A stretch of DNA of 64,000 bases from Desulfobulbaceae bacterium UBA5121 (lineage in GTDB: Bacteria; Desulfobacterota; Desulfobulbia; Desulfobulbales; UBA5123). Positions 46,793 to 55,787 of this stretch are shown here, piece by piece. The stretch lies in the NCBI GenBank assembly GCA_002414225.1, contig DHYV01000014.1:68750-132749 (forward strand), written 5' to 3'. Both the position numbers and the translations under genes were made by a program. The notes under the pieces are model-generated. The model made no database searches and had not been told where the DNA came from. It worked only from the letters and a program-made list of their open reading frames with translations. The stretch's first letter is position 1. Each line of letters starts with the position of its first letter.

Positions 46793-47992
46793 ATGAGTCG
46801 CGAGGCGCCAACGCCCCTCCAGCTCCTCTACCTTTTCGCCCTTTTGGCCGTCAGCACCCTTTTTCTGGGGCGGATTCTCTGGCCGTTTTTTTCCTGCCTA
46901 TTCCTCGCCCTGTTCCTGGCCGACCTCTTCCGTCCGCTGTACGAGAGCCTCACGCGGTTTCTGCCGCGGGCCTTGGCATCGCTTGTCACCTGCCTGGTCA
47001 TGGGCCTGGTGCTCATGGTGCCGGTGCTGCTCTTTGTCGAAGCCTTTTCGGGCGGTGATCTGGTTCCAGCCGGTGCGGATGGCTGGGGGGGCGCTGCCGT
47101 GGGAGGGTCCATCCGGCAGAGTTCTCACTGGGCCAGGCTACCCGAGCTTGCCGCCCTTGTCGGCCTGCACCTGGAGGCGGAAACCATCAGCCTCATGATG
47201 GCCGAACTCGGCGATGAGGTGTACCGCTTTGTCGGCAGCCATGCCGGCGCCTGGGCCATGGGAGCTTTCCGCCTCCTCATTCAGTTCCTGGTCATGATCG
47301 TTACCTGCTTCTTCGTGCTCATTGACCGTGACCGCTTCACCTCCTTCTGGCTGCATCTTTCCCCCCTTCCGATCGAGCAGAACCGCAGGCTGGTCAGGGA
47401 GCTCCAGGGAACCGCCCGGGCGGCGCTCATCGGCAACGGCGTTGGCAGCATCATCCAGGGGGTGGCTGGCGGCCTGCTCTTCGCCTGGCTGGGGTTGCCG
47501 TCACCGTTTTTCTGGGGCTTTGTCATGTTTGTTCTCGCCTTCCTGCCCATCGTCGGCATCGGCGTCATCATGTTGCCGGCGGGACTCTACCTCTTCACGC
47601 AGGGCAACATCAACGGGGTGATAGTGCTGGCCGTCGCCTACGTCATTCTCACCCTCTTGGTCGAATACTTGCTCAAGGCAAAGCTTACCGGCGACCAGGC
47701 GCACATGCATCCTCTCCTCGCCCTTCTTGCTCTCATCGGCGGCCTGGAGTCCTTCGGGGTCATGGGGCTGGTTTACGGGCCGTTGGTCGTCACCGCTTTC
47801 ACCTGTCTGGCCGACATCTATCTCACTGATTACCAGTCCGCGATCCGGGGAGGGATCGGTCGTGCCGCGGCAGCGGCCGGGTACGCCATGCTTGAGCCGC
47901 CCCTCGCGGAGGCAGGCCCGCCTGAATCGGTCGACCCTGCCTCGCCCTCCGTGCCGACCTCGGAATGGCATGCCGCTTCGGAGTCTGGCTGA
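46793..47992 (+). CDS. AI-2E (PerM) family transporter
   Basis: Multi-TM; LAFLPIVG, LIGGLESFGVMGLVYGPLV; start ATG 46793. Confidence 0.88.
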   Translation: MSREAPTPLQLLYLFALLAVSTLFLGRILWPFFSCLFLALFLADLFRPLYESLTRFLPRALASLVTCLVMGLVLMVPVLLFVEAFSGGDLVPAGADGWGGAAVGGSIRQSSHWARLPELAALVGLHLEAETISLMMAELGDEVYRFVGSHAGAWAMGAFRLLIQFLVMIVTCFFVLIDRDRFTSFWLHLSPLPIEQNRRLVRELQGTARAALIGNGVGSIIQGVAGGLLFAWLGLPSPFFWGFVMFVLAFLPIVGIGVIMLPAGLYLFTQGNINGVIVLAVAYVILTLLVEYLLKAKLTGDQAHMHPLLALLALIGGLESFGVMGLVYGPLVVTAFTCLADIYLTDYQSAIRGGIGRAAAAAGYAMLEPPLAEAGPPESVDPASPSVPTSEWHAASESG

Positions 47993-48093
47993 CAAGCGGG
48001 CGCGGCTGCCGTTGTTGTTGCGTCCCGGCGGGCGGGGGTGACCTGGCAGCTGTGTACCTTGGTTTCGGAAAAGAGATGATGGAGGGAGGGGAG

Positions 48094-48526
48094 ATGCTGA
48101 GAGGGTATCTGTTGCTGGCGGCTTCGGCGTTCACCCTTGGGGCGGCGAACTTCATCTACCCCAGGGCGAGCAGGGCCTTGGGCGGCACCAACGCAACCTT
48201 CTACTACTATCTCTGCGCCCTGGCGGTGGCTCTGCTTTACTGGCTGCCGACTAGGGAGGCGCGGCAGATGCGGTTGGTTGACTGGCAGTGGCCGTTTTGC
48301 CTCGCCCTGGCCATGTTTATCAGCAATCTGACCTACAGTTATGGTGTGAGGTACTTCGACACCGCTCTGCCGGCGGTGATCCGCGCCCTTTCCTTTTTTG
48401 GCACCGCCTTTCTGGTGGTCTTCCTTGAGCCGCGAGCCCGCCTTCTCGGCCAAGGACTGGCTGGCGCTGCTACTGGTGGCGGCTGGCATCGTGCTCTTCG
48501 GCTTCGACCGCCCTCCCTTGCAGTAA
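48094..48526 (+). pseudogene. Frameshifted single-domain EamA/DMT transporter
   Basis: EamA-like frame to ...AFLVVFLE at about 48430; the last TM (EPAFSAKDWLALLLVAAGIVLFGF...TAA 48526) is in the +1 frame; total 433 nt = 3n+1. Confidence 0.72.
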
Positions 48527-48555
48527 GCGATTTCCTTCCGCCTCCCGCCCTCGCG

Positions 48556-48657
48556 CTATTCCCTTTTTCCCCGCAGAGTCCGGTAGAGGCAATAGCAGAA
48601 CAGGACGGTGATTCCGCCCCAGCTTACTCCCATGAACAGCCAGCCGTTAGCGTGCAT
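48556..48657 (-). CDS. 33-aa single-TM small protein, MetS-like NSS transporter small subunit (absent from the ORF track)
   Basis: MHANGWLFMGVSWGGITVLFCYCLYRTLRGKRE*; GGGAGG SD 6 nt before the ATG; overlaps the NSS gene stop. Confidence 0.75.
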   Translation of the reverse strand: MHANGWLFMGVSWGGITVLFCYCLYRTLRGKRE

Positions 48658-50206
48658 TGTGCGCCTCCCGCGTTTGCCGGCGATTCCAGGCCAGGCGCAC
48701 CATTAGCGTCAACCCCAGGAACATTACGATCAGGATCAGCCGGGTAAAGAGGATATAGGGCCGGTTTGCGGCCGTCACCCCTTCGAGGACCAGGATGGGC
48801 AGCCAGTCCTGAATGAGCCAGCAGCCGAGGATAGTGAGCAGGAAGAGGGGGGTGACGTACTTGATCACGAAGCGGTAAGGGCGGGGAATGGTGATGTCCG
48901 AGCCGGCGTGCAGTTCGGTCCAGGCGCGTTCCATGCCGAAGACCCAGCCGAAGAGGATGGTTTCCACGGTGGCGAAGACCACCAGGAAGACCGAGCCGCC
49001 CCAGAAATCGAGTTCGTCCATCACCCCCTGGCCGAGGAAGAGGATGGCGGGTTGGGTGAGGATGAAGGTGGCAGCCATGAAGGCGAGTACTGCCTGGCGG
49101 CGGGAGAGGTCGAACTCGTCCTCCAAAAAGGCGATGGCCGGCTGGGCCAGCGAGATGGAGGAGGTGATGCCGGCGATGAAGAGGAGCAGGAACCAGAGAA
49201 AACCGAATAATTCGCCAAAAGCGAGCTGTTTGAGCACCATGGGCATGGTGACGAAGCCCAGGTTGAAGACGCCGCCCTTGGCGATGGCGGCCACCGAGGC
49301 GGCGCCGAAAAAGGCGTAGGCCGCCGGGATTACCAGGCTGCCGCCCAGGACCACCTCGGCGAACTCGTTGGCAGAGGCGGCGGTGAGCCCCGAGAGGGCC
49401 ACGTCGTCGTCCTTGGCCAGGTAGCTTGCATAGGTGAGGATGACGCCGATGCCGCAGCTCAAGGTAAAGAATATCTGCCCCGCCGCCGCGAGCCACACCT
49501 TGGCGTTCAGCAGTGCCGACCAGTCCGGGTTCCAGAGGTAGCCCAGGCCATCGATGACGTTGTTTTCCGGGTGGGAGGGATCGGGCGCGCCCAGGAGAAA
49601 GACGCGGACCACCAGGACCACCGCCAGGACGAGGAGGATGGGCACCCCGTATTTGCAGACCCGCTCGATCCCCTTCCGCACCCCGAAGTAGAGCACCACG
49701 CCGTTGAGGAAAAAGGTGGCCAGGAAGAAGAGGTAGGCTGTGGAGAGTCCGGAGAAGAACTGGTTCTTTTCGAGCCCCTGGTAACCGTGGAGAAAGGCGA
49801 CCATGGCCTCGCTGGACCCGCAGCCGTTGTATTTGCCGGTGAGGGCGAAGAGGCTGTAGCCCAGGAGCCAGGATTCGATGTAGACGTAGTAGAGGTAGAT
49901 GACGATGGGGCCGAAGACGCCGATCACCCCGAAGTACTTGATGAAGCGGTTCTTCTCCCACAGGGAGTGGAACATGCCCGGCGCGGTGCTGTGGCCGAAG
50001 CCGCCACCGAACCGGCCGATGGTCCACTCGATCCACATCAGCGGCAGGCCGAGGAGGAAGAGGGCGATGAAGTAGGGGATCATGAAGGCGCCGCCGCCAT
50101 TCTGCGCCACCTGTCCCGGAAAACGAAGAAAGTTTCCGAGGCCGATGGCGCTGCCCGCCACCGCCATGATCACCCCGAGCCGGCTGGCCCATTTTTCCCG
50201 AACCAT
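48647..50206 (-). CDS. Sodium-dependent transporter (NSS/SNF family)
   Basis: REKWASRLGVIMAVAGSAIGLGNFLRFP, NGGGAFMIPY, AAAGQIFFTLS; start ATG 50206. Confidence 0.94.
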   Translation of the reverse strand: MVREKWASRLGVIMAVAGSAIGLGNFLRFPGQVAQNGGGAFMIPYFIALFLLGLPLMWIEWTIGRFGGGFGHSTAPGMFHSLWEKNRFIKYFGVIGVFGPIVIYLYYVYIESWLLGYSLFALTGKYNGCGSSEAMVAFLHGYQGLEKNQFFSGLSTAYLFFLATFFLNGVVLYFGVRKGIERVCKYGVPILLVLAVVLVVRVFLLGAPDPSHPENNVIDGLGYLWNPDWSALLNAKVWLAAAGQIFFTLSCGIGVILTYASYLAKDDDVALSGLTAASANEFAEVVLGGSLVIPAAYAFFGAASVAAIAKGGVFNLGFVTMPMVLKQLAFGELFGFLWFLLLFIAGITSSISLAQPAIAFLEDEFDLSRRQAVLAFMAATFILTQPAILFLGQGVMDELDFWGGSVFLVVFATVETILFGWVFGMERAWTELHAGSDITIPRPYRFVIKYVTPLFLLTILGCWLIQDWLPILVLEGVTAANRPYILFTRLILIVMFLGLTLMVRLAWNRRQTREAHNAR

Positions 50207-50608
50207 AGTCACACCCCGAGTCAAAAGACCAAAAGCGCTTCCGGCAAGGCGTAAGGGAACACGGGCCGTTGCTGCGGAGAGGGGCACGCCGTGCCCGTCA
50301 ATTTCGCTTCATATCCTGCCGCCCGGTCAGCGGGCAACAGATTTTATTTGGGGCGCAGAAAAAAGGAGGTCGAACCTACGGTCAGCCTTTGTCCAGTTTG
50401 AAAAAGAAAACCTCTCCTGGCGGCGGTGGGCGATGTGTCGGATCTGTCCGGGAAGGTAATGGCGGCTTGACCGTCCCCCTGTCCCTTGCGCAAAGGGGTT
50501 GGCGCGTCCGCAGGTGATGCGGCCGTAAAGGATCCCGTGATTGCCCAGGCGGAGTTGATCGGCACCCCCCGGAAAAGGGGGGAAGTCCGTCAGCGCCGGC
50601 TGTTCTTC

Positions 50609-53410
50609 CTAGGGCAGGGGCCGGGGGGCGGTGGATGACTTGAGCGCCTTGGCCAGATCCTCCATCAGGTACGGTTTGGCAATGGCCCCGCAGAAGCCGT
50701 ATTCGCGGAAGGAGGCCATGATCGGGTCCGTGGAGTAGCCGCTGGAGACAATGACCCTGGCGTCGGGGTTGATGGCGAGAATTTCCCGCACGGCCTTCTT
50801 GCCCCCCATGCCGCCGGGAATGGTAAGATCCATGAGGATGATATCGATGGGGCGGTCGCCGCTCAGTGCCTCCCGGTACAGCTGAACCGCCTCGTCGCCG
50901 TTCCTGGCGAGCACCACCTCGTAGCCCATTTGTCCGAGCATGGCCTGGGTCATCTCCCGGATCTGTTCCTCGTCGTCCATCACCATCACCCTTTCGGTCT
51001 TGCCTCGGGTCGGGTCGGTCAGCTCCGGTTCGGGGGCCGAAATGGAATCCCGGGCCGAAGCCGGCAGATAGATGGTGAAGGTCGTCCCCAATCCCGGGTT
51101 GGAGTGCACGGTGATCCGGCCGTCGTGTTTGCTGACAATGGAATGGGTAATGGCCAGGCCAAGGCCGCTGCCCTGCTGCTTGGTGGAGAAGTAGGGGTCA
51201 AAGATCTTGTCGATGACGTTGGCCGGAATGCCGACACCGGTGTCCTTGACGGTCATCTTGACATAGTTGCCGGCTTTAAGTGCGCCGGCCTCAGCATTTC
51301 CGGCCAGGGTGGCGTTTTCAAAGCCGACCTCGACGGTGCCGCCGCCCGCCATGGCCTGGCTGGCGTTGAGGATAAGGTTCTGCACCACCTGGCTTATCTG
51401 CCCTTTGTCGATGTCCACCAGCCAGAGATCGTCGGCAAAGGAGTAACGACAGGCAACCTTGTTGCCGCGGAGCATGAAATCGGCGGACTCCCGGACCACC
51501 TCGGCCAGGGAGGCGGTTTCCTTGACCGGTTCGCCGCCTTTGGCAAAGGTGAGCAACTGCTGGGTGAGGTCGCGGGCCCGGAGGGAGGCCCTCTCCGCTT
51601 CCAGAAGGCGTCTTCTCGGGGTATCGGCAATATCGGCATCCAGCAGGGTGAGGTTGATGTTGCCGAGGATCGCCGCCAGGATGTTGTTGAAGTCATGGGC
51701 GATACCGCCGGCGAGGATACCGATGGACTCGAGTTTCCGTATCTTGAGCAGCTCCTTTTCGGTGCGGAGCTGTTCGCTGATGTCCCGGAAGACCAGGACG
51801 ACGCCGATGGTTCTGCTCTCCCGGTCCCTGATCGGCGCGCCGCTGTCGGCAATGCTTTTGCTTGTCCCGTCCCTGGCGATGAGGGCAGTGTGGTTCGCCA
51901 GACCGACAATCTTCCCGGAGTCCAGCACCTTCTCCACCGGGCTTTGGCAGGGTTCGCCGGTGAGTTCGTCGACGATGTGGAAAACTTCGGCAAGCGGCCG
52001 GCCGGTGGCCTCGTCGCTGCGCCAGCCGGTCATTTGCTCGGCGACCTTGTTGATGAGGAGCACCCGGCCGGCGGTGTCGGTGGTGATCACCCCGTCGCCG
52101 ATGCTGCGCAGGGTGACCGCAAGCCGCTCCTTTTCCTCGGCCAGGGCGCGTTGCGCCTCTTTGCGCTGGGTGATGTTGGTGGCGATCTCCATGCGGACAT
52201 AGCGGCCGTCCGGCCACAGGATCGCCTGGTCGCGGCACTCGTACCATTCGCGGTCGACGGTGTTCTGGAACTCCCACACGTAGGAGCCGGTCGGGGTGCC
52301 GTTCCCGTCGAGCAGCCTGTAGTTGGTGCAGAACTCGCAGGGGCCGGTCTGCCCTGACTGGAGGGCCTTCCAGCAGGTCTTGCCGACAAGATTCCCCCAG
52401 ATCTTCTGGCCATAGTCGTTGATCAGCAGGATCTCGTAGCTCTCCATGTCCGCCACATAGACCAGGGCGTCCAGGCTGTTGACCAGGGTCCGGAAGCGTT
52501 CCTCGGTTTTCCGGAGTTCGCCGGTGCGTTCCTCAACCCGCAGTTCCAGCTCGTCCCTGGCCCTTGCCAACTCGTCCGTCACCTCCAGGGTGAGCTTCCG
52601 CGAAAAAACCACGACGATGAGGCTCACCAGGGAAAAGACCACGGTGATGACCAGGAAGCGGTGCCAGAACTCCTCCTCGGTCCGCGAGACGTTTTCCGCC
52701 AGTTGAACGGTTAAGGCGCCGGAATCGTCGAAACCGGAAGGCAGGACGATGGCGGTGGTTTTGGGGGCAGGCGGCGTGGTCTGCGCCGCGCTGCCCAGGG
52801 TAAGCAGCTGTTTGCCCTGATAAGAGAAACGGAGGAGGGCGCTGTGCTCCTGGTAGAGCGCGTCGAATTCGGTGGGGGATGGCGGAGCCAGATACCGCCC
52901 TACGGCAAGAAAACCGATGGGGCCGTAGTTGCCCTCCAACCGCTTGAGGACGATCAGTGCCAGTTTGCCGTGGTAGAGGAGGGCCAGGGGGGAGCTGCCC
53001 GACTCGTTTTTCAGCCTGGGCAACAGGTTGCTGATTTCGTCCCGGTTGCCGAACACGCCTGGATTTTCAGCGCAGGCGAGGAGGGCGCCGGAGGCGTCAT
53101 AGACGTTGATGAGGTCGATGCTCTTGTGGACCGTGAAGGGGACGATCTGGTCGAGGAGTTCGTCGACCGCACCCGTGGCGGCATGATCGAGGAATCCCCA
53201 GTTGTTGGCAAGCAGGTCGGCAATTTCCAGGTTACTTGCCTGGATGGCGAGCAGCCTTCCCTCCATCTCATGGGTGAGTCGTCTGGTGGTTTGCGCGGCG
53301 TCGGCACGGAAGGAGAGGTATTGTTGGCCGGAGATATAGGCGATGGCGCCGAGACAGAAGGCAACGGTGAGCAGGGTAGGGATGAAGAGTTTCAGGCGCA
53401 GGTTGGTCAT
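50609..53410 (-). CDS. Hybrid sensor histidine kinase (TM, periplasmic domain, TM, PAS, PAS, HisKA, HATPase, REC)
   Basis: LAGGIAHDFNNIL, QVVQNLILNA, DPYFSTK...GSGLGL, VMVMDDE...ILMDLTIP. Confidence 0.93.
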   Translation of the reverse strand: MTNLRLKLFIPTLLTVAFCLGAIAYISGQQYLSFRADAAQTTRRLTHEMEGRLLAIQASNLEIADLLANNWGFLDHAATGAVDELLDQIVPFTVHKSIDLINVYDASGALLACAENPGVFGNRDEISNLLPRLKNESGSSPLALLYHGKLALIVLKRLEGNYGPIGFLAVGRYLAPPSPTEFDALYQEHSALLRFSYQGKQLLTLGSAAQTTPPAPKTTAIVLPSGFDDSGALTVQLAENVSRTEEEFWHRFLVITVVFSLVSLIVVVFSRKLTLEVTDELARARDELELRVEERTGELRKTEERFRTLVNSLDALVYVADMESYEILLINDYGQKIWGNLVGKTCWKALQSGQTGPCEFCTNYRLLDGNGTPTGSYVWEFQNTVDREWYECRDQAILWPDGRYVRMEIATNITQRKEAQRALAEEKERLAVTLRSIGDGVITTDTAGRVLLINKVAEQMTGWRSDEATGRPLAEVFHIVDELTGEPCQSPVEKVLDSGKIVGLANHTALIARDGTSKSIADSGAPIRDRESRTIGVVLVFRDISEQLRTEKELLKIRKLESIGILAGGIAHDFNNILAAILGNINLTLLDADIADTPRRRLLEAERASLRARDLTQQLLTFAKGGEPVKETASLAEVVRESADFMLRGNKVACRYSFADDLWLVDIDKGQISQVVQNLILNASQAMAGGGTVEVGFENATLAGNAEAGALKAGNYVKMTVKDTGVGIPANVIDKIFDPYFSTKQQGSGLGLAITHSIVSKHDGRITVHSNPGLGTTFTIYLPASARDSISAPEPELTDPTRGKTERVMVMDDEEQIREMTQAMLGQMGYEVVLARNGDEAVQLYREALSGDRPIDIILMDLTIPGGMGGKKAVREILAINPDARVIVSSGYSTDPIMASFREYGFCGAIAKPYLMEDLAKALKSSTAPRPLP

Positions 53411-53420
53411 GGGGGAGCGA

Positions 53421-54323
53421 TCATCTCGCGGGGGGCGTTCTCTGGTCGACGATCAGCCTGATCGGATCATAGAAACTGTCCGGCCGCACTGCAAAGCCGT
53501 CTGTGGGGAGCCCCTTGAGTAGAGCGGGATCGATGGTGGGCAATACCTGGCGGATCTTTTCCTGAAGATCCTGCGGCAGGGAGGGATGGGCAACGATGGC
53601 CAGGTTGGGAACCGGCGGCGGGGCGTAGATGACCTTGAAGAGGTCGCCATGTTTTTTCTTCGCCTGCTCCAGGTTGAAATCCCAGGTTGCCCCTGCGTCG
53701 ATGCTGCCGGCCACGATGGCGTCGGTGACCCGAGGATGGCTCCCCAGGTAATAGACCTTGCCGAAGAAGGCTTCCGGAACAATTCCCTGACCGCGCATCA
53801 GGGCGTTGGGGTATTGGAAGCCGCTGGTCGAATGGGTGTCAACGTAGGCAAATTTTTTCCCCCGAAGGTCGGCCAGGCCGTTCAGATCCTGCCGGCTCTT
53901 CAGGGCCACGATATAGGCGTGGTAGACATCCACCAGCTTGGTTCTTCCCTCGTTCCACTTCAGCTCGGTCAGCAGGAGCCGCAGCCGGGGATTCTTCCGT
54001 TTTGCCTCTACGTACGGCACGGGGCCCAGGCCCGCGAACTGCACCCGGCCCGAGGCCACCATCTCGATCATTTCCTCATAGCTGTTGGCGCCGACGAAAT
54101 CGAATTGGCATCCCACCTGCTCGCCCAGCCAGACGAGCATCGGTTTGTAGAGCTGCCGTATCTCGTCAACCGTCTGCCCCTTCTGGTAGGGGGGGATGCC
54201 GAAATGGTACTTGGGGAGAACCGGACCGGCAAGGATGGCAGGGGGGGCGAACAGCAGGAACAGGGCAACAAGGCAGGGAAGGAAAAGGAAGGGAAAACGT
54301 TTCTTAGGTGCTTCCGGCGCCAT
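53421..54323 (-). CDS. PhnD/SsuA-like phosphate/phosphite/phosphonate substrate-binding protein
   Basis: Signal peptide; SYEEMIE...GPVPYV, LADLRGKKFAYVDTHSTSGFQYP, GSHPRV...DAGA; start ATG 54323. Confidence 0.87.
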   Translation of the reverse strand: MAPEAPKKRFPFLFLPCLVALFLLFAPPAILAGPVLPKYHFGIPPYQKGQTVDEIRQLYKPMLVWLGEQVGCQFDFVGANSYEEMIEMVASGRVQFAGLGPVPYVEAKRKNPRLRLLLTELKWNEGRTKLVDVYHAYIVALKSRQDLNGLADLRGKKFAYVDTHSTSGFQYPNALMRGQGIVPEAFFGKVYYLGSHPRVTDAIVAGSIDAGATWDFNLEQAKKKHGDLFKVIYAPPPVPNLAIVAHPSLPQDLQEKIRQVLPTIDPALLKGLPTDGFAVRPDSFYDPIRLIVDQRTPPAR

Positions 54324-54937
54324 TGCACGACTCCTTTCGGTGTCTGGCTTTGGTGGGGTGAGTCCGGACGGTGGGGGGTACCTTCCTGTTCCGGCGGTCC
54401 GGGAGAAATACTCGTCAGCGTCGGTCGTTGACGGACCCATGGATAATGAGCGAAGAGTCGTATGACCTGAGCCTCGTTTTAGTTTACCTGAACTTTTGCC
54501 TATCGCCAAAGTAATTATATCGAGGCCGAAACAGCCGACGGATTCGTGGGCTCGGACTCACGCTCCGTTTGCCTTCCGGGAACCATCAATTCGCCTGCCC
54601 CGGCGGAACGGCCGCGGCAGGGTGTCAACAGGCGGGAGCAGGGTGTCGGCGTGTGGCGATGCGGGAGATGAGCCGGAAGCTGATCGGCAGTAGGATTGGT
54701 CCTGCCCCTGGGGGGCCATTGGCATCATGAAAACCGGGACGGATTTATTTTCTGCGGTGAATCGCAACAAACAGCTCATTCCCTAATTGTTGCCCCCTCC
54801 CGTCACGCGCGAACCGTTCCCAAATTCTTTAACAAGCCGTAGGATCCATTGTAAGCAATAAGATTTCCTGTTCCTGCCGGCGACGGGCTTTGAGGACGGG
54901 ACAGGGGAAGGGAGTCCGGCGGAAAGGCCGGCCGTAA

Positions 54938-55690
54938 TCAGCCCACCGCGCACCAGGAATGGATTTCCCGTTGGAGGAGGTCGCTGTGGTAGCGTTTGAG
55001 GAGGGTCATGGCCTCGCTTGCCGAGGCGTCGGAGAACTGGAGGCGGGCGAGTTTTTCCCGGGGCAGGGATTGGGCCCGGTGGAGGAGCTTGGCGGTGCCC
55101 AGCGACAGCGGGACGTGGGAGGCGGCTGTCTCATGGGCGCAGCGGCCGCAGAGCAGGCCGCCGCGGCTTGAGCTGAAGCGGTACGGGTCGCGGGTGTTGT
55201 TCTCCCGGCCGCAGCCGATGCAGCCGGAGAGGTGCGGCCGGTAGCCGAGCAGGTCGAGGAGTTTGATCTGAAAGAGGATGACCGTCTGGCGGATCGCCGC
55301 TCCCTGGTTGAGACTCTCCATGGCCCAGACCAGGAGGCGGAAGAGTTCCTCCTCGCCGTCGTTTTCTCTGGTCCAGTGGAGGAGCAGCTCACAGAGCAGG
55401 GTGGCCGCGCCGTAGCGGTCGTAGTGGGCGCGAAGGTTGGCGAAGGGGGCGAGGAGATCGGCCTGGTCGATGCGCACCAGACTACTGCGGTCGCCGGTGG
55501 TGAAGTGGATTTCGAGCAGCGAAAAGATTTCGAGCTTGTTGAGAAACCGTTTCTTGCTGCGCTTGGCGCCCTTGGCAATGCCGGTCAGCTTGCCGATCAG
55601 CGGACAGTAGCAGGTGACGATCTTGTCCGACTCGCCATGGTCCCGGACATGGAGTACCACGGCGATGCTGCGGCAAGGGGAACGGGACAT
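54938..55690 (-). CDS. recO: DNA repair protein RecO
   Basis: DHGESDKIVT, AKGAKRSKKRF, Zn-finger CIGC...CGRC. Confidence 0.93.
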   Translation of the reverse strand: MSRSPCRSIAVVLHVRDHGESDKIVTCYCPLIGKLTGIAKGAKRSKKRFLNKLEIFSLLEIHFTTGDRSSLVRIDQADLLAPFANLRAHYDRYGAATLLCELLLHWTRENDGEEELFRLLVWAMESLNQGAAIRQTVILFQIKLLDLLGYRPHLSGCIGCGRENNTRDPYRFSSSRGGLLCGRCAHETAASHVPLSLGTAKLLHRAQSLPREKLARLQFSDASASEAMTLLKRYHSDLLQREIHSWCAVG

Positions 55691-55724
55691 GGGGTTCCTT
55701 ACAAAACAACAAGTGTTTCGGTGA

Positions 55725-55782
55725 AACAGCCAATGGCGAACCGCCTACAGCGCCATCCGGAGAAGGGTCCTTCCGGATGGCA
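55725..55782 (-). repeat. REP-like intergenic repeat, copy B
   Basis: aacagccaatggc...gcgccatccggagaag...ttccggatggca; perfect stem gccatccgga/tccggatggc; matches 15255-15313. Confidence 0.7.
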
Positions 55783-55787
55783 ACGCA

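Noticed and set aside
50282-50296. GGGCACG-C-CGTGCCC palindrome upstream of the NSS transporter
   Set aside because: Short and GC-only, with no second copy or linked regulator
54716-54724. gccattggc as a third copy of the REP-like repeat
   Set aside because: Only the 9-mer matches; the hairpin and stop-codon anchoring are absent
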